Part shown: positions 11,666 through 23,329 of the stretch, one piece after another
How positions within the stretch are numbered: the first letter of the stretch is position 1
How the letters are laid out: the number at the start of each line of letters is the position of its first letter
Assembly (NCBI RefSeq): GCF_006345805.1
Contig: NW_021833568.1
Location: 1 to 28,329 of the forward strand
Source of the DNA: Octopus sinensis
Taxonomy: Eukaryota
Reading direction: 5' to 3'
Length of the DNA: 28,329 nucleotides
The notes under the pieces: generated by a model
Seen by the model: only the letters and a program-made list of their open reading frames with translations
Told to the model about the DNA's origin: nothing
Database searches by the model: none
Made by a program: the position numbers and the translations under genes

Positions 11666-11837
11666 TTATCCTGAAGAGAGTGAGACAACGGTTGTCCCAG
11701 CAGGAAACCAAAGTCTCCTTCTTGGACAAAGACAACGTTTAGTGCATGTAATGATAGATTTACTTTCAGTGAAAAAAGTATGTTCACAGTTGGAACAAAT
11801 TTCATTGTAACTCTGCAAGATTATGAGAGACATCTGC
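11666..11837 (-). pseudogene. Degenerate RING-like exon of a tandem paralog
   Basis: Acceptor ttgttgtttag|G. ACAATGAAATTTGTTCCAacTGTGAACAT (TMKFVP/CEH) and AAACGTTGTCT (KRCL) align with TIKFLPCGH and KRCL of exon 27692-27831; indels are present and several Cys are lost. Confidence 0.55.
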
Positions 11838-12139
11838 CTAAACAACAACAATAACAGGACACCGCATGCTTCAGAACATTCCCTACTTCTTTTAACTTCC
11901 CCAACACTACACCTGATCTACCTATGCACCTTTTTTCCTCTTTATTACTCTTTAACTGTTCTCTTTTCTGTCATTCTCTTTCATTCTTTGTATTTTGCAT
12001 GATCCAGCTTTCACTGCTGTCTTTACTTGACGAACTGCTGCTTCTTGTCCCCTCTTTAAACCTTTTCCAGTTAGTTGTAGTAGACCTGTGCTCTAAACAT
12101 GATTACATGTAAAATAGAAAACATAAAGGAAATACTTAC

Positions 12140-12204
12140 GGTGGTGGTAAAAAGGTTTTTAATTTTCCTTTCAAATTTCTGTCCTGAATAAGGTCCAGCG
12201 GATA
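12140..12204 (-). pseudogene. 3' remnant of a last-ankyrin-repeat-like exon, cut by a SINE
   Basis: Minus YPLDLIQDRNLKGKLKTFLPP(P)|gtaagt; the phase-2 donor matches the phase-2 RING exons, and the peptide resembles the PLDLxxDxNL end of the Mind bomb ankyrin array. Confidence 0.55.
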
Positions 12205-12475
12205 GTGAGTTCGATTCGTGGAACGGGCTGTGTGTTGACGCTTTATTTCACGTTACTCCAGTTCACTCAGCTGTTGAAATGAGTTGTGACATCCCTGGGC
12301 CGAAGCTGTATCAGTCCTTGCCTTGCCCTTGGGTAACATTGTTGGCATGGAGAGGGTATTCTGTTAAGCATGGGTGACTGTCGGTCATCCATAGACAAAT
12401 TTTTCCGGATATGTACCTTGGTGGGGAACTTTCTAGGTGCAATATCCTGGTCATTCATTACCAAAGAGGATCTAC
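12205..12475 (+). mobile_element. tRNA-derived SINE (same family as 2206-2530)
   Basis: GTTCGATTC B-box, then TTTATTTCACGTTACTCCAGTTCACT...GGGGAACTTTCTAGGTGCAAT; reverse-complement similarity to 2206-2530. Confidence 0.8.
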
Positions 12476-12959
12476 AAAAGCATGCACTACCCTACCTCTT
12501 AGATTATTCCCTTATTCACTAGCATGAAACTGACCCCCACCCCAAAGGATTTGTGGTTCTGCGACCTGCATGGGAACCTCAATAGTCGGGTAGTGTGATA
12601 AAAGCACTGAACCCATGCTGTAAATTAGTTGATGTTAGGAAGGGAATCTAACCAGAAATAGGAGACCAAAAGAGACATTTGAGCGCAGTGCAGTCCTTGG
12701 ATCCTGTCCAGCCCAAGCCAGAAAGGAACATGGATGTTAGATGATGATGACAATGAGGATGATGTTATCTACTCGATTGATGAGGACAATCAAGAAAATG
12801 ATGAACATGATTATAAGCAATTTACATCTGCATTGTTTTGTATGTGATTATATGTGTTATTTTTTATTTTTATTTCATCTAGTTTCAGCACAGGAGATGT
12901 GGTCATGCTGGGGCTCTGACATTTGGTGTTACTACATAATTCTACTTCACGAATGCTTT

Positions 12960-14080
12960 TTAGCAATTGACATTTAATGCATGTGAGTGCTTGATGCAGC
13001 TTCCCTCGTCTGCACCTCCTGCAACGAAGTTGGTTCATCTGGGACGCCTGACAAGAAGAGGTCCAGCATTATTTTAAAGACACCTGCATCCACCCCATGT
13101 AGGTGTCTCAGGGCCATCGGGACAATATTGAAGAGCTGTGGATCTCTAAAGCCCAGGTTACTGCAATATCTTGTCCTACATCTTGATGGCAAATTTGGAG
13201 TCCTTGGCACTATGCAGTGGCGCCCAGTTCTAATATTTGTATAACTCTCGGTGCCAAAATTTGGGACAAGATCTTCTAGGATCTTCCAGATGTATATTAT
13301 GGCATATCTTTCCCGCCTACGCTCTAAGGAATAGAGTATGAATCTCTTGAGTCTTTCCCAATAGCTTATATGCTGCATAGAGGCTATCTTCTTCGTGTTG
13401 CTTCGTTGGATTGCCTCAAGTTCTGCGATTAATTTGGCACTGGTTGGTGACCATAACTGAGAGCAATAGTCAATGTGGTTTAGGACAAGTGTCCTCCAGA
13501 AAACCATGATGGTTTCCTGGTCTCTTATTCTAAAATTTCTAAGAATCCATCCGGTCAGCCGCCTACATTTCATTGACAATTTAGTAACATGCACATGAAA
13601 GGTTGCATCATTACTCATGTAAATGGCCAGGTCTCGCACTGATTGTGCCTCTGGGATTGCAATCCCTCCAGGTCCAGTGTATTTATTGAGTATTGCATTT
13701 AGTTTTGCATGCTGATAGCATAAAGCTTGAAACTTTTCAGCATTGAACTGCATGCTATTCTTTTCAGCCCACTTGTATATTTCATCCAGCTCACAGTGCA
13801 GGTGCATAGCGTCTCCCGGTTTCTGTATTACCTGTGAAACTTTAGTATCATCTGCATAACTTGTGATCGTGGGACTCTGTGTGACTGAGAGCATGTCTGA
13901 GAGGGCCATTATGAACAGTAGTGGTCCCAAAATAGTGCCATTCTCCCAATTTTCCAACCATGCCAAAATGACGCATATTGTGACATATCATTCCATGATC
14001 AAATTTTATCAACGGCCTTTGCAACGTCGAGATATAACACTTCCACATTTGAGTGGTTGAGCAGCTGTTTCAGCAAGCAG
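12960..14080 (-). mobile_element. 5'-truncated CR1/L2-group LINE (RT C-terminal half), internally deleted
   Basis: LYLDVAKAVDK, GTILGPLLF, YADDTK, DYCSQLWSP, YSLERRRER. The segment between GKLGEW and GTILGP (which would include SGVPQG) is missing. Confidence 0.92.
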
Positions 14081-14302
14081 TATTATAAGAATGTATATAT
14101 ATATATATATACATTCTTACAATACTGGTTGCTGAATGTATACATTATTACAACACTATGACTGGAGTTGCTGCTCGCATTGCCTCCCATCGGATTAAAA
14201 AGTGTATACAGCTCATTTGAGCACTACTATTCCAGTCTGTTATATATTTTGAGCGTTGTTATCACTAACGATCTCAAGATATAACTTTATATTTTGTAAT
14301 AT

Positions 14303-14368
<66 letters not shown>

Positions 14369-14426
14369 CCATATACATACAATAGAGAGATGTTTTTGTT
14401 TCACTTTTAACACGTAATACTGAAAT

Positions 14427-14747
14427 AGTGGAGAAGATATGATACTGCTGTGGACTCGCTCTAGGCAAGAGGTTAAACATTTTTTTGCCCATGATACTAC
14501 ATGGACCCTAAGTAAGGCATGTGTAAAATTTGAATGAAATTGGTTCTGTAGTTCTCAAGTTTTAGGGAATCAGAGTGGAGAAGATATGATATTGCTATGG
14601 GCTCGCCCTAGGCAAAAAGTTAAAATTTGTTTGCTGATGACACTCCCCGGACCCTAAGTAAGGCATGTGGGAAATTTGAATGAAATCGGTTGCGTAGTTA
14701 TCAAGTTTTAGGGAAACACACAGACAGACAGACACGCATCCTTAGTG

Positions 14748-14750
<3 letters not shown>
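14427..14750. repeat. Two tandem 147-bp units followed by (CAGA)n; probable non-autonomous Helitron-like element
   Basis: AGTGGAGAAGATATGATA... starts at 14427 and 14574; the end ...AAATTTGAATGAAATCGGTTGCGTAGTT...ACAGACAGACAC...TTATATATA resembles Lep1-type Helitron derivatives. Confidence 0.7.
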
Positions 14751-14785
<35 letters not shown>

Positions 14786-14790
<5 letters not shown>

Positions 14791-16415
14791 TTAGATAAAA
14801 CTTAGATATGTTTCGACCAGAGATTGGTCCAGGCCATGTCTAACTTAATAGCACCACCTGATAGGATTATTCGAATCCTGTTTAAGTCAAGTTTTGTTCA
14901 AGTAGTGAGTTCTTGTTGGGTGAGTTGTATCCAGTTTTGTTCAAGTAGTGAGTTCTTGTTGGGTGAGTTGTATCCAATTATGGGTGGCTTGTCTGGTATT
15001 CTTTGAAGGAATCTATCCAGACTCTGTTTGAAGTTGATGGGATCCTTTTCCTCTTTGATCTCCCTCGGGACAATGTTAAATAGGGCAGGGCCTGTTGAGG
15101 AAAAGAAATTATGTTGCAGTGTACATGTATGTTGTGATCTTGAATTTGGCAGGGGACGTATAGCCGTGGTCCAAGTCTCGGATGAACCTTGAAGCTAATG
15201 TTTAGGTCGTTTGGGCAAAGTTGGCGGTATATTTTCCACATCGTACAAATGATGTACCGCTCACGGCGACGCTGGAGGGAGTAAAGTTTCAAGGCTTTAA
15301 GGCGATCCCAATAGTCGAGAGCAGCCATGCCTTCAATTTGTTTAGTGAGAGCCCTCTGGGGTGACTCAATTCTGGAGATGTTTTGTCTTGTGTGAGGAGA
15401 CCACAGTGGGCAGCAGTATTCAAGGTGTGGCCGTACAAAGGATGAAAAAAGTGGTATGATGACACCTTGTTCTCTGGACCGGAAAGTTCTTAAGATCCAG
15501 GAACTCATCCTACGAGCTGTATCGACCTTCTTGTTGATGTGTGCACTCCAACTGAGATCGTCATCAACAATTACACCCAGGTCTCTGATATTGTTAGAGG
15601 CTGTGAGCGGTTCCCCTGAAGGAAGAGAGTATGGTTGTTTTAGTGAGGAATTTCTTCCAAAATGCATCAGCTCAAATTTTCCCTCATTCAGTTGCATTTT
15701 GTTTCTGTCTGCCCATTGACTCACAGCATATAGGTCAGACTGGAGTTGAGTTCGGTCTGCTTCTTCATTGACGATTTGCTGGAGCTTAGTGTCATCAGCG
15801 AATATTTTCACTTTGCAGTGATGTACGACACTGGAAAGGTCGTTTACATAAATTATGAAGAGTAGCGGACCCAAAACAGTTCCCTGGGGAACACCGCTGG
15901 TGACTTTTGCTGGGTTTGAGTGGACTCCATCAACTACAACATGTTGTGTTCTATTCGCTAGGAAATACTGAATCCAGTGTAGAACTTTTCCACGGATTCC
16001 AACATTTGCCAATTTTGAGAGTAGGATTTTATGGTCTACCCTGTCGAACGCTTTACTGAAGTCAAGGTATATGACGTCAGAGTTCGAACCTGTTCCCAAG
16101 GCTTTGAGTACATCTTCAATGTGGTGTAAGAGCTGTGTTAGACAGTCCCTGCCACAGCGAAAGCCATGTTGATTTGAATTTAGGAGTTTGTGGGTCTCCA
16201 GGAAGTCAGCTATCCTTGATCTTAACACTCTTTCAAACACTTTAATGATGTGGGAGGTGAGTGAGATTGGGCGATAGTTGACTGCGAGGGATCTGTTTCC
16301 CTGTTTGAAAACCGGGATGACCGACTGGGATAGAAACTTATTCGGTATATAACCTGCGTCTAACGAGTTTCTCCAAAGGTTGGTCAGAGGGACTGCAAGT
16401 TGATATCTACATTCC
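14786..16415 (-). mobile_element. Young 5'-truncated CR1/L2-group LINE (RT domain to 3' end)
   Basis: Frame open from about 16415 (QLAVPL...NYRPISLTS) through YLDFSKAFD, SGVPQGTVLGPLLF and FADDTK. One frameshift near 15165, a 3' hairpin and an (ATCTAAGTTTT)2 tail; (TA)n on both sides. Confidence 0.95.
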
Positions 16416-16472
16416 TACATATATATATATATAATATATATATATATATATTATATATATATATATATATAA

Positions 16473-16523
<51 letters not shown>

Positions 16524-16559
16524 TATATACATGCACATACATACATATATATAAATTAA

Positions 16560-16910
16560 AGAAAAGACTATTGTCTATAACGTATACAATGTAGAGAACA
16601 AAAAGATTTGAACACCTTCAAGAAAGCACCATCGAAAAGTGACTTGGTGCGACTATGAAAGATATCTAACCAGTGGCGGTAAATTCGTCACAATAGAAGC
16701 AAGGTTCGAGTCAACGGAACGTGCAAGGGAGTACTCGACCCGAACCTTGCAAATTGGAAATATTTTACTTTTACCTTTATATCTGGGACGTAGGACGTAC
16801 CGGATAAAAATTAAAAATGTCCCCCCAGAAGTAGAGGTAGGCTGGATTGTAGCCACACTTCTATACAAGAGCGAGGACAAGATACAATTGACCGAAATTA
16901 CAAGAGACGG
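16560..16910 (+). mobile_element. Fragment resembling a non-LTR retroelement ORF1 (RRM-like)
   Basis: KFVTIEARFES...LLLPLYLGRRTYRIKIKNVPPEVEVGWIVA. No start context and truncated at both ends; the RIxIxNVPPE motif is ORF1-like. Family assignment is inferred. Confidence 0.45.
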
Positions 16911-17079
16911 GCCTACAATTCCAGTCTGTTATATATTTTGAGTATTGTTATCACTAGCGATATCAAGACATAGCTTTGAATTTTGTATTTTATGTGTAGA
17001 TGTATATATATAGATGTATATATACACATATATACATGCACTAGCACTATGACCAAGCAACGGCGGGTTATAATGCTAG

Positions 17080-17120
<41 letters not shown>

Positions 17121-17157
17121 ATGTGTGTGTATATATATATGTGTGTGTGTGTGTGTG

Positions 17158-17314
17158 GAGGCGCAATAGCCTGGTGGTTAGGGCAGCGGAATCGCAGTTT
17201 CGATTCTCAGACCGGACGTTGTGAGCTTTTATTCAGCCAAAACATCTAAAGCTCCACGATTCTCGGGCAGTGCGTGGTGGCAAACCCTGCTGTGCTCTTT
17301 CGCCACAACTTTCT
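17158..17314 (+). mobile_element. tRNA-derived SINE 5' part following a TA/TG microsatellite
   Basis: GGAGGCGCAATAGCCTGGTGGTTAGGG (A box) and TTCGATTC (B box). Confidence 0.75.
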
Positions 17315-18269
17315 GAAATTCGATCCCATTTTGTCACAACAGAGGCAACTATGGGGTGCAAGAATGTTAATAATGTTAATAACTTTAGCAGTTTCTTGTA
17401 ACACTACAATCTGATCTGCAGAAATTTTCTGTGACACAAACAACTCTCAGCGAATCATGCGACGAGTGAAACAAATAAGTATTTCATTCTGTCTCTCACA
17501 GATTGCTTCTGTGAATTGAAGGATTCCAATATACTTTCAAAACAACTGTATATGATTAATTCTATAAAACGGAGACAAAATGTTTTAAATGTGTCTAGTG
17601 TTCATACATTCAGACACCAAACAATTCTTATAAATTAAACGAACGGGTATTCTTTCACTATTTTGTCAAATCAATCCATTATATTTCCTCTTTTTCATGT
17701 GAAATTGTGTCGTTCTGAGAGGATTACTTATATATGAATGCATGATATACCTTGAGGTTTGTGACTCTCCTCAGTTACATCATCATCATTATTTCCTCTG
17801 GTTTTATTCTTTGATTGACTTGACCAATCAGGGGCAATATATTTTCTCATTAATTAATATATGCTAATAACTTTCAGAGTCTCTGTGCAAAAGATGAAGA
17901 TCTCAATCACCAAAGGAATTGATTTGGGTCATCACAGTTGAAAGTTAAACATTTTAGTTTTATAGAATCAGTAAAAGAATTATATTTTCTCAGGTTTTCA
18001 CACCTGGCCCTTTTAGAAATACATTTACTGCTACAGATTAAATTCGATACTAAATATGTTTCTCTTAGCTTATATAAAGAGTCACATATTTTGTACAACT
18101 TTCAGGAAAAAAATCACGTTTATATTTTTCTGCTGTTTTAACATCACAAATAATGTTTGAATATAATTTCGCTACCAGGTTTTGGAATTAAAATTCAGTG
18201 AAATATATTAACAATTTATTTGAAATAATTTTATACAGAATTTGATACCAAATAATTTGTTTTAATACT

Positions 18270-18797
18270 AATAAGTACCCTGCGCGTAAGCGAAAGCAAG
18301 GTATTGTGGTCGCTTGCCGTAGTCTGTTTGTGTTTTAGAAACAATAACTGGACAACAGCAGAACGGATCTTCACCAAACTTAGCAGAAATACTCAGTCAA
18401 TAAATGACTAAAATTGATGAAAATTATGTTCCATTATCTTCAAAACCGGCGGATGGGTGAATCAAAATGTTTTGACTGTGCATATGTTTTGCAAAAGAAA
18501 TTATGAACGCAGGTTATGCATCGTTGTGGCAAGTTCTCAGCACAAGAAGCTAATAGCAGCACAGAAAAAAAACGTATTATGTTTATTAAATACTATTTTT
18601 CACTCACCAGATGGGACACGGAATAGTACATAATATATATGTGTGTGTGTGTATGTGCGTGTGCGCGTGAGTGTATGTGTGTGTTTGTGTATGATTTGAA
18701 TCGACCATTGTCTTCGTGTGTACAGATCATGGTGTATCTAAGTACTTAGACACATGTAGGTACACACATACATAAATACATACACAGATATGCGATT

Positions 18798-18862
<65 letters not shown>

Positions 18863-19380
18863 CAGTGATGGATGCGAGAGTTTCGTTTATTTACGAGTTG
18901 ATTTCTTAATTTCACCAGAAGTATATACCTATAATGGTGATACTTAAAACAAAAAAATATGAAATAAATCGAGCTTACAATTTTCCCGATCAGCAGGTAC
19001 CCATATTATTTATATCCTGCGTTTGATTCTTTTGCCTTCATTGAAAAACGTTGATAACACTTCTGAAATTCTATGCAATATTTTCTATACTTATTTCATT
19101 TTGTTCACTTTCGTTTTCATAATCATGATTTTTATTTGAATAACCATTTATTTAGTCATTTGCAAATTTTACTTTTACAGTTTGCCGTAGACATCGGTCA
19201 ATTCCACTTTTAACTGTCATCTTCTTAGATTTTCAATCGTCTTTTAGGCAAACAATTACAAAGCTTAAGTTAGTTCAATGCAAAAGTATGTCTAAGAAAC
19301 GCATTGTAAGCCATACTATAATTTGAGAAAAAAAACTTCATCTGCTCGCAGGGTATGCATCACCCCTCAAATGCTTTTTT
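18270..19380 (+). mobile_element. HINE/DINE-1-like non-autonomous Helentron-type element
   Basis: Subterminal IR TACCCTGCG (18276-18284) / CGCAGGGTA (19347-19355), a nearby 5' inverted partial copy GCAAGGTA, 3' stem-loop GCAT-N10-ATGC followed by a T-run, internal (TG)n. Confidence 0.6.
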
Positions 19381-20260
19381 TCTTTTCCCTTTCAATAGCA
19401 ATTTCTTATCAATTTCCGAAATAAAATTGAGGCAATTTAAATAGTTTTGTATTTAATTACCGAATTAAACCAGATTTGTTAACTCCTATCAGAAAAGAAT
19501 CCTACAACCAGTGGATAATGACTATGTGTCTTACAATCTTGTTTCATTAAATTATGTACGGTAGAGCTTTCTGTCACATCCCACAATTTTATAGACAAAG
19601 GAAGTCCGCCAAGGAAGCTTCAAGTGTTTTACTTCTTTAAAACATTTTCTACGTCTATGGTGAAAAGAATTATGAAATTAAAATAAAAATTAAAATGCGA
19701 TAACATCCGAGTAGTATGATGTTAAATATTGTTGGGCAAAATAGAACTTTTCCATTATCTCAAGTTATTCCGATACTGTGGACTCACTGTGACTTTTCCT
19801 CAATCACATGAAATTACAGTAACAAATACTGTGATGTTATTTCATTACGACAGTTATACTTAAATTTAAATTTATTAAAACTTGGTAGCTAGAAAATAAA
19901 GAGCAGCCTAGAGCTAGAATACAAAATAAAATGATTATTAATTGCACTCACAACCCCATGAAGTTTTATACAAGCATCCCCACTTTAAACTGGTCTTAAA
20001 CCATAACAGAACAAAGAGAGATATCCTTAGATACATCGTATATTATATAGAAATACTATCTCTATGTGATATATATTCATAGAAAAAAACACATCAATGT
20101 ATGTATACCAGACATTTTGTTCTAAGCTATAAATGAAGGGAGATAACTATTAATTTCGCAGAGGATATTAAAACTGTCTAAATAACAATGAAAGTGTTTA
20201 GGGAAGTGATTATATATACAACAACAGCAACAACAACAAACGGATATTTCAAAGTTTATC

Positions 20261-20266
20261 TTTATT
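20261..20266 (-). promoter_or_regulatory. Candidate polyadenylation signal AATAAA
   Basis: Minus-strand AATAAA about 210 nt after the stop at 20476; weak evidence in AT-rich DNA. Confidence 0.3.
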
Positions 20267-20475
20267 TCAAAAGCTTATTTCTAACAAAGGAGCCAAACCA
20301 GTGAAGATAGATCTGCTAGAATTAGTAGCTAAATCCACTGCACTCCACACCTCATCATTGTAAAGGAGGACACATTGGAGAATGTGGTTCTTGGTTCTCT
20401 ATACTTTGGTCAAAGGTCTCTCTCTTTGGTCAGCATTCACCTGGGAGTAAACAACAGCAGAATTTACACAGAAAT

Positions 20476-20681
20476 TCACCGTTCATATAATGAGAGATAC
20501 TCAAGGGCAGCAAAGCACTCAGCATCTTTAAGGGCTTTTCTGAGGGTCTCAACTGTACGTTCCTCTGGTTTACAATTTATAAACCACTCACAAAGCATTT
20601 GATAACTCTGTTTTACTGTGTCATGAGGAAAATCATTCTTGATAATATTCTGGTCAATTGCTGGAACTCCTAGAAAAATAC
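20476..20681 (-). CDS. Terminal coding exon: remainder of the death domain
   Basis: cttttgcag|GT ATT TTT...; (G)IFLGVPAIDQNIIKNDFPHDTVKQSYQMLCEWFINCKPEERTVETLRKALKDAECFAALEYLSLYER*. Death-domain pattern LG..I..I...Q...ML..W...T...L..AL. Confidence 0.88.
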
Positions 20682-21299
20682 CTGCAAAAGATACAACGAC
20701 AGAAAATAACAGGAACAGCAACATTAACAATAATACAAAGACTATGTACTGTAAGTTATAAATATAACAAAGAATCTACACCAATAGAGAAATAACGAAA
20801 TAAATAAGAAACATGAAAACTATAAGAAATTGTTCTCTATTTTTAAGAATGTTGACAAAAATAACAAAGAGGTTAAAATAAAGAAGTAAGAAGAAGAAAT
20901 ATTAAAAAGAAAGAAGGATTTGAGAAAATGTATGGTAAACAGCTGACAGGAGCAGTATTTGTGTGGAAAATATCCTTTGTTAAGGAAGGCTTTGAAAAAC
21001 CATCTGATAACATCAACGCTGGAAATAACGATGTGTGATACCCCTTCCTCGTCTGGAATATCAACATTTAGACATACTTGGAAAGTGGGGACTGGGTTGA
21101 CAAACATTACCTGTAATATTCGGTACACGGTGACCAATTAAATAACAAATAGACAAGATACCAGAATGATCACAATGACACAAAAAAATAATATTTCTTA
21201 ATTCTCCTCAAATATTATAGAAGACACCAAATTAATTTTCTTGGTTCATGACTCAAAATAATGATTTCTTTCACTGGATCAAGTCCACAATGTAGAGAG

Positions 21300-21916
21300 A
21301 GATGTCGACAATGGAGTAAACCTAGCAATGAATAGTGTTTTAATTAACAGGAAAGAGGTGGGTAAGTAGGAATTCTATAAGCCAAGGTGATGCAGTGGGA
21401 CCAGAGGTATGTTCACAGGGTAGAGGAAATACTTTGTCATTAGCAGATATACGGGGGTCGCTATAGTAAGAACAATTATGGAAGTTGTAGTTGATGGTTT
21501 CTGTTACCTTGGTAATATAATTAAAAGTGGAGGAAACTATTTTGCATTCATACTATTTAGAGCAAAATATGAGGTGAAAAATGCACAGTTAGCTATTATG
21601 CCTGTTGGTAACAAAGAGATTCCGTTTGTATGATGCAATGATGCATTGAATATGGAGGATGTATGAAAACTGGCAAGAAATTAAGAGAGCATTCTTTACT
21701 GGATGTGTAATGCTAATGTGTAGAAATCAGGGGAAAAAATGAACTGGAAGAAAAACTAGGTGGTGCAGATATGGGAGGCGTACGGAAGATACAAGCTGGA
21801 TGAAGAAGTACCAGGAAATCCAGATGGAAGTAAACAAGAAGTTAAATCTGTCAAAGGACGACAACAGCTGTGAGATAAGTAGTCTAACTCATTCAAACTT
21901 CGAGAAATGAAAACAA

Positions 21917-21945
<29 letters not shown>
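21300..21945 (+). mobile_element. Highly degenerate RTE-clade LINE 3' fragment with a (GAT)n tail
   Basis: EVVVDGFCYLGNIIKSGG resembles RTE EVVDxFxYLG; (GAT)n at 21917-21945. Confidence 0.6.
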
Positions 21946-21947
<2 letters not shown>

Positions 21948-22985
21948 CGTTGTTTGTGGATTGATTTTAGCCCAGTATATGACTGTTAGATTTTATATTA
22001 ATTCCAAAGGTATAACATGTTCGACATGTCATAGATGATATCCTCTCTTAATTTAGATAAACCATTTCTATCAGCTGACTGACAGGATATTGTCGTGACT
22101 TCTTGTATCCAGGCTGGAAGGTTCAAATCTAGTCCCCGGCACTGCTCTATATCCCTGCTAAAGGCGTCTCTCTATGATGCAGTCTACCTAGATGCATATA
22201 GGTACCATGGGAAGGCATTTGTGTAAATAATGGGAACATTGTATAAATGGTATTTTATGTTGTTACACATTCAGACAAGGGGAAATGGGTTATTGTGATG
22301 TTCATGCCTTTCCAAATGACTTTGTAATGTAAAGAGAGAGTGAAGTGATTTCAATGAGAAACAAAATCAATTCGAATTTACATATGATGGCATAATTATT
22401 TTATAATTAGGAAGTGTTTCATTAACTTATAAGTACTGAGTTCAATCCAGCAATGAAGACAATCAACAATGTGATTGTCTGTTTAGAGACAAGACAATAG
22501 GTTGACCTGGGGCTAAAGAATTACTATAAATATAGGAAAACAGACTGGCGAAAGGGCAGGCTACAACATGTCACATAAAATGCACACTCTCCTATTTAAA
22601 AAGTTCCATTTGGTAATTTGGTCCTTATCTACCTTTCTTCATAATATTGCCAGATTAAGTCTACACAACAACAACAACAACCTATCATTAAATTAAGTAG
22701 AAACGTAAACAACGTAAACAACAAAAGCGTCGCTATTAACTCACCTGTTTACCTTTAAATAACAAAAGAACTTCGTTCCTTGTATCAACTCTATTGTAAT
22801 TTCTAATTTCACCAAGTATGCAAAACTATGCTAATTTCGGTAGATATTTTATGAAGTTTCAGTAATATCTTTAGCTAACATTTCAACAGGAAATTAGGAA
22901 TGGAAACTTTTCTTTGTTATTTTAACAAACAAAACTTCAAGTAATGGTAAAATTTATAGAAAGCAATTAGGTATTCTATACTCAC

Positions 22986-23057
22986 CTGCTTGCTGCCAGT
23001 TGCTCCCTAACTTCTCTGCTGCTCTTTTGAGATACTCCCCATTCAGGTTTAGAGACT
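22986..23057 (-). CDS. 72-nt phase-1/1 exon: death-domain N-terminus
   Basis: tttatttcag|AG TCT CTA...GCA G|gtgagt; xSLNLNGEYLKRAAEKLGSNWQQA(G); joins 20681 in frame to give LGSNWQQAGIFLGV. Confidence 0.88.
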
Positions 23058-23329
23058 CTGAAATAAATATTTCCAAACATTACACTTCACAGTACAATTT
23101 CTTTGTCTCTGTTAATTGGTCTTTATTTTATTAATGTATTTTATATTGTAAGACATTCCTATTATCAATGGTCAATATTAAGAACCACAACTAAATAGAC
23201 TCACCTTCCTAAACTTCTTGTATCTATTAAAATATCCTACATTATCAATTAACTTAGCAGTTATCTGATTTAATTATTACTCGACGAACGAGTTTACTTC
23301 TGTTCCGCAATTCTCTAAGTCGTACGTAA

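Noticed and set aside
11950-12090. Minus-strand open stretch GLLQLTGKGLKRGQEAAVRQVK as an exon
   Set aside because: The implied upstream intron would be only about 50 nt; it more likely is a decayed Hero-like C-terminus, and is too weak to call.
12140-12183. 44-nt exon GQKFERKIKNLFTTT as a linker-exon paralog
   Set aside because: It lacks the cassette's flanking intron homology; the alternative frame (PLDL...FLPP, phase 2) fits the downstream RING-like exon better.
17380-17925. Plus-strand FSVTQTTL and tttcag|SLCAKDED resembling an ABCA C-terminus
   Set aside because: Very short matches, stops nearby and no consistent donor; cannot be distinguished from chance.
20820-21141. Overlapping 60-105 aa ORFs inside the last intron
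   Set aside because: No recognisable domain; partly low-complexity sequence.
23205-23223. 19-nt microexon with a strong AAG|GTGAGT donor
   Set aside because: It is frame-incompatible or contains a stop, and the donor is absent from the homologous cassettes.
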